From assembly GCA_965261085.1 (NCBI GenBank), contig OZ253442.1, forward strand, positions 896,001 through 960,000: a DNA stretch of 64,000 nucleotides, in the 5' to 3' direction. A program made the position numbers and the translations under genes. Of the stretch, positions 61,248 through 64,000 are shown in pieces; within the stretch, counting starts at the first letter, position 1; every line of letters starts with the position of its first letter. The notes below the pieces were generated by a model that saw only the letters and a program-made list of their open reading frames with translations, was not told the origin of the DNA and searched no databases. The DNA comes from a bacterium (GTDB lineage Bacteria; UBA8248).

Positions 61248-61276
61248 TTGACAATTCTGCCGCCTACGGTTAGCTT
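61248..61276 (+). promoter_or_regulatory. Sigma70-type promoter of the higBA module with overlapping inverted repeat
   Basis: TTGACA (61248-53)-17 bp-TAGCTT (61271-76); imperfect IR TTGT-AAG..CTTGACAA at 61234-61254. Confidence 0.65.
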
Positions 61277-61282
61277 GCGTCA

Positions 61283-61349
61283 ATGATTGGGAGCATTCGG
61301 ATGGTACGACGACGGCGCAGTGGACGTGGACATAGAGGACTATCACTGA
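61283..61349 (+). pseudogene. higB: higB toxin remnant (internal deletion)
   Basis: MIGSIR start joined out of frame to FGWYDDGAVDVDIEDYH*, the typical HigB C-terminus; TGA overlaps the higA ATG. Confidence 0.75.
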
Positions 61350-61654
61350 TGATCGAGAGACACCCTTCCATCGACCCGGCGCATCCGGGGGAAATCCTGC
61401 GCGAGGACGTCCTGCCCGCCCTCGGGGTGAGCAAGACGGCGGTGGCCGCGGCCCTCGGCATTTCCCGGCAGACGCTCTACGACATCCTGAACGAGAAGCA
61501 GCCGGTTACCGCCGAGATGGCGGTTCGCTTCGGCAAGCTCTTCGGCAACGGCCCGGGCTTTTGGGTCAACCTCCAGCGCAACTACGATCTGGCGCGCGCG
61601 GAACGTTCGGTGGATGTCAGCGGAATACCGACGCTCGAAGCGAGGAATGCTTAG
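61349..61654 (+). CDS. higA: HigA-family addiction-module antitoxin (HTH-XRE)
   Basis: HPGEILREDVL, LGISRQTL..ILNEK..VTAEMA.R, FWVNLQ..YDL. Confidence 0.93.
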   Translation: MIERHPSIDPAHPGEILREDVLPALGVSKTAVAAALGISRQTLYDILNEKQPVTAEMAVRFGKLFGNGPGFWVNLQRNYDLARAERSVDVSGIPTLEARNA

Positions 61655-62678
61655 GATGTAGTAGCGCGACCTGTGGGACGACCCCGAGGAGGGGTTCGCC
61701 CCTACGGAACGCGAACCGTCGCTACGGCAATCGCGGATTTCGCTCGTCATTCCGCCGAAAGCCGGAATCCAGAGAATTTACCCTTCGTCTTTCATTTTCC
61801 GGCTTCATCCCCGCTTCATCGAAGAATAATGAAACCCCATAACGCATCCACATTATCGGTTCTGGCCAACCTCTCGGTTGTCACCCGCATACGCCGGAAT
61901 GACGAGCGAGAACCATTCCTCCCTTGGGGGTTGGATGCGTGATGCGAGATTGGAATCACTCCCCCCTTGAGGGTCATTTCCGACCGAAGAGGGAGGGAAT
62001 GTCGCAGAAGCCGAGCGTTTTGTGCGAAGGCTGATGCAGTGGGGGGACGATTTTCAAATAAAACTCCCCCCACCGGCGCGACTTCGGGCTTCGCTCTCGT
62101 CTTGCCGACTCCCCCTCAAGGGGGGAGTGATTCTCGCCTTGACTCGTCTTGCCATTGGTCTTCCCGAGGAGGAGAATTGCAAACTCTCCTTCACCGGTCG
62201 GGTCTGACCCCCACCGACTCGCTTGCGGGCGTGCGCCCTTACCTCGTCGACAATCCCTCATTCTTCAATCGGGCTTGACCCTCAAGGGGGGAGTGGTATT
62301 GCAACTCAGCGGTATTGTAGGGGACTACCCTTCTGGGTAGTCCCTGCCCCCGTGGTTGTCCCCCGCAGGACAGGCACAGGGGCTACGGCGAACGTGGTTT
62401 CGCTCGTCATTCCGGCGAAAGCCGGAATCCAGAGCCGATGTGGGTGGGTACATTCCGGTATTTCGTTCCGTCTTTGATCGAGCGGGAATAACGGCGAAAA
62501 GCAAAAGGCGAAACCCTGGATTCCGCATTCCCTCCCGCCTTGGTCGGAAATGACACCGGAATGACGGCCAAAACGGAAATCGGGCGGACACATAGGTCCG
62601 CCCCTACGACGTGTGATCACTTCTAATCGTTATCCCGAATTCATCCCCCCAAAAACACCCGAGCGATTCCGCCTGCCC

Positions 62679-64000
62679 CTAGAGCGGGCCGAAATCGGGC
62701 GGGGGGATGCGGCGCTTAGAAGCCGCCTCATACGTCGAGGCGATCCGGAGCAGGGTGTCCTCCTTGCCGGGTTCGGCTCGGAATACGAGAGAAAACGGCA
62801 GGCCCGGCTCGGGGATGGTGGTGGCCTGATCGTTGGGAACGGAGATGAACCGCGTACCATCCTCGCTCAACTCGAAAACGGGATCATAGGTCGTGCGCAC
62901 GTAGCCCGCCGGCACGAGCACTTCCGTCAGACCTGCGTTCGGCCCGCTTTGCGATTCGGGCCGTGAGTTCAGCACGAGGCCGGGCTGGACCGCCCCTCCG
63001 ATGATGGCGGGCGGAAACGGCGTGTGCAGGCGCACGAGGGCGTCGAGGTTGTTCTCCAGAATCACCATCATGTCCACGCGGCGCAGGAGTTCGCGCAGCA
63101 TGATGCGCTCGTTCACTCCTTGTCTGCCGCCGTGGGGATTGCGCGGGTCGACCACTTCCTCCCAGTTCCTGAAGGCGGCGCGATGGTCGTCGCCCCAGAA
63201 TTTAGAGCGCGCGTTCAACTCGGGAAAGCCGGTGATGGTCTCGCTGAATCCGCGCGCCTCCCAGTCCTCGGCCCGGCGCGAGAGGTACTGGTGGATGTGG
63301 TAGCGAAACGTCATGGCGAGTTCTTGTTGCTGCACGGTGGCGAGGTCGAGGTTTTTAGGCTGCTCGATTCTGCCCTCGCCCATGTCGAGCATGTAGTCGA
63401 TGGGCTGCATGCCGCCCGAGCCGAAGACGACGCCCGGCGCGAACTCTGTGGGGACGATGGCTTCGGCGAATTCCCTGAAGAGCGGCGCGCCCTCGGGCGT
63501 GAGCCGGAACATGATGTCTGGCATGAAGACGGGGATGAGCCTGGCGAGCGCGCGCCGGAAATCCGTCTTCATCGTCTCGATTTCCGGGTCGCCCGCCCAG
63601 AGCGGGTCGGTGGATTCCAGGAGTTTCGCCCCGAGTTTTTGGCCCAGGACTTCCTTTATCTCCCGGGCCGCCGCGTTGACGATGGGCTCTTCTGATTTCG
63701 AACCCCTCGGATACACCATGGACTCGCGGATGACCCCGATGCGCATCCCCTCGAGCGCGCCCGCCTCCCCGCTCGTTTTGATGTGCGCCGCGTAGGGCGT
63801 ATCCAGAACGGAGGAGCGCGGCACCGTCGTGAACGGATCGCGCGGGTCGTAATAGCCGTTCACCGGATCCTTCAGGGCGTCGAGAACCTTGGCGCAATCA
63901 CTCAGGCATTTCGTGATGATGCCGCTCCTGTCGCAATAGATGTCCGCGCCGATGGCCCCGCCGTCGAAGCCGAGCATCGCCTTGTGCGGCAGAATGAGCG
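62679..64000 (-). CDS. Amidase signature family protein (5' part outside window)
   Basis: L.GMRIGV, LDALV, AGL....VPAGY, GLPF.L.F...PG.EDTLLRIASTYEAAS.RR.PP. Confidence 0.8.
   Translation of the reverse strand, partial: LILPHKAMLGFDGGAIGADIYCDRSGIITKCLSDCAKVLDALKDPVNGYYDPRDPFTTVPRSSVLDTPYAAHIKTSGEAGALEGMRIGVIRESMVYPRGSKSEEPIVNAAAREIKEVLGQKLGAKLLESTDPLWAGDPEIETMKTDFRRALARLIPVFMPDIMFRLTPEGAPLFREFAEAIVPTEFAPGVVFGSGGMQPIDYMLDMGEGRIEQPKNLDLATVQQQELAMTFRYHIHQYLSRRAEDWEARGFSETITGFPELNARSKFWGDDHRAAFRNWEEVVDPRNPHGGRQGVNERIMLRELLRRVDMMVILENNLDALVRLHTPFPPAIIGGAVQPGLVLNSRPESQSGPNAGLTEVLVPAGYVRTTYDPVFELSEDGTRFISVPNDQATTIPEPGLPFSLVFRAEPGKEDTLLRIASTYEAASKRRIPPPDFGPL

Noticed and set aside
61660-62640. Possible CRISPR array
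   Set aside because: No identical direct repeats with regular unique spacers, and no cas genes in the window

Overview
GC-rich bacterial chromosomal window with no rRNA, tRNA or CRISPR array seen. Left to right it holds: phoR and a Pho-box-controlled pstSCAB-phoU operon; peptide/nickel-type ABC, TRAP, sulfonate/nitrate-type ABC, two tripartite tricarboxylate (TTT) and one Liv-type ABC transporter; and many catabolic enzymes (ketopantoate-reductase-like, Zn-ADH, RraA-like aldolase, hydantoinase/oxoprolinase A and B, two luciferase-like monooxygenases, aminobenzoate-CoA-ligase-like, ALDH, MetE-like, PrpD-like, amidase). A decaying glycosyltransferase/FkbM cluster sits beside an intact IS1182-family element. 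The most unusual signal is intergenic and nested: (i) a fixed-length 29-nt hairpin unit (7-bp CA..TG stem with covarying sequence, 13-nt loop, 3' AC) that sits inside other repeats and inside itself; (ii) IS1182 and MITEs with its terminal repeats inserted into hairpin loops with 5-bp duplications; (iii) several REP/REPIN-like palindrome families. There are also deletion scars: an apparent urtA-urtB...ureD urea operon collapsed to about 730 bp, and an internally deleted higB toxin on a 1.5-kb islet bounded by a 40-bp duplication of the amidase 3' end. All product calls come from motif recognition by eye; no database search was run.
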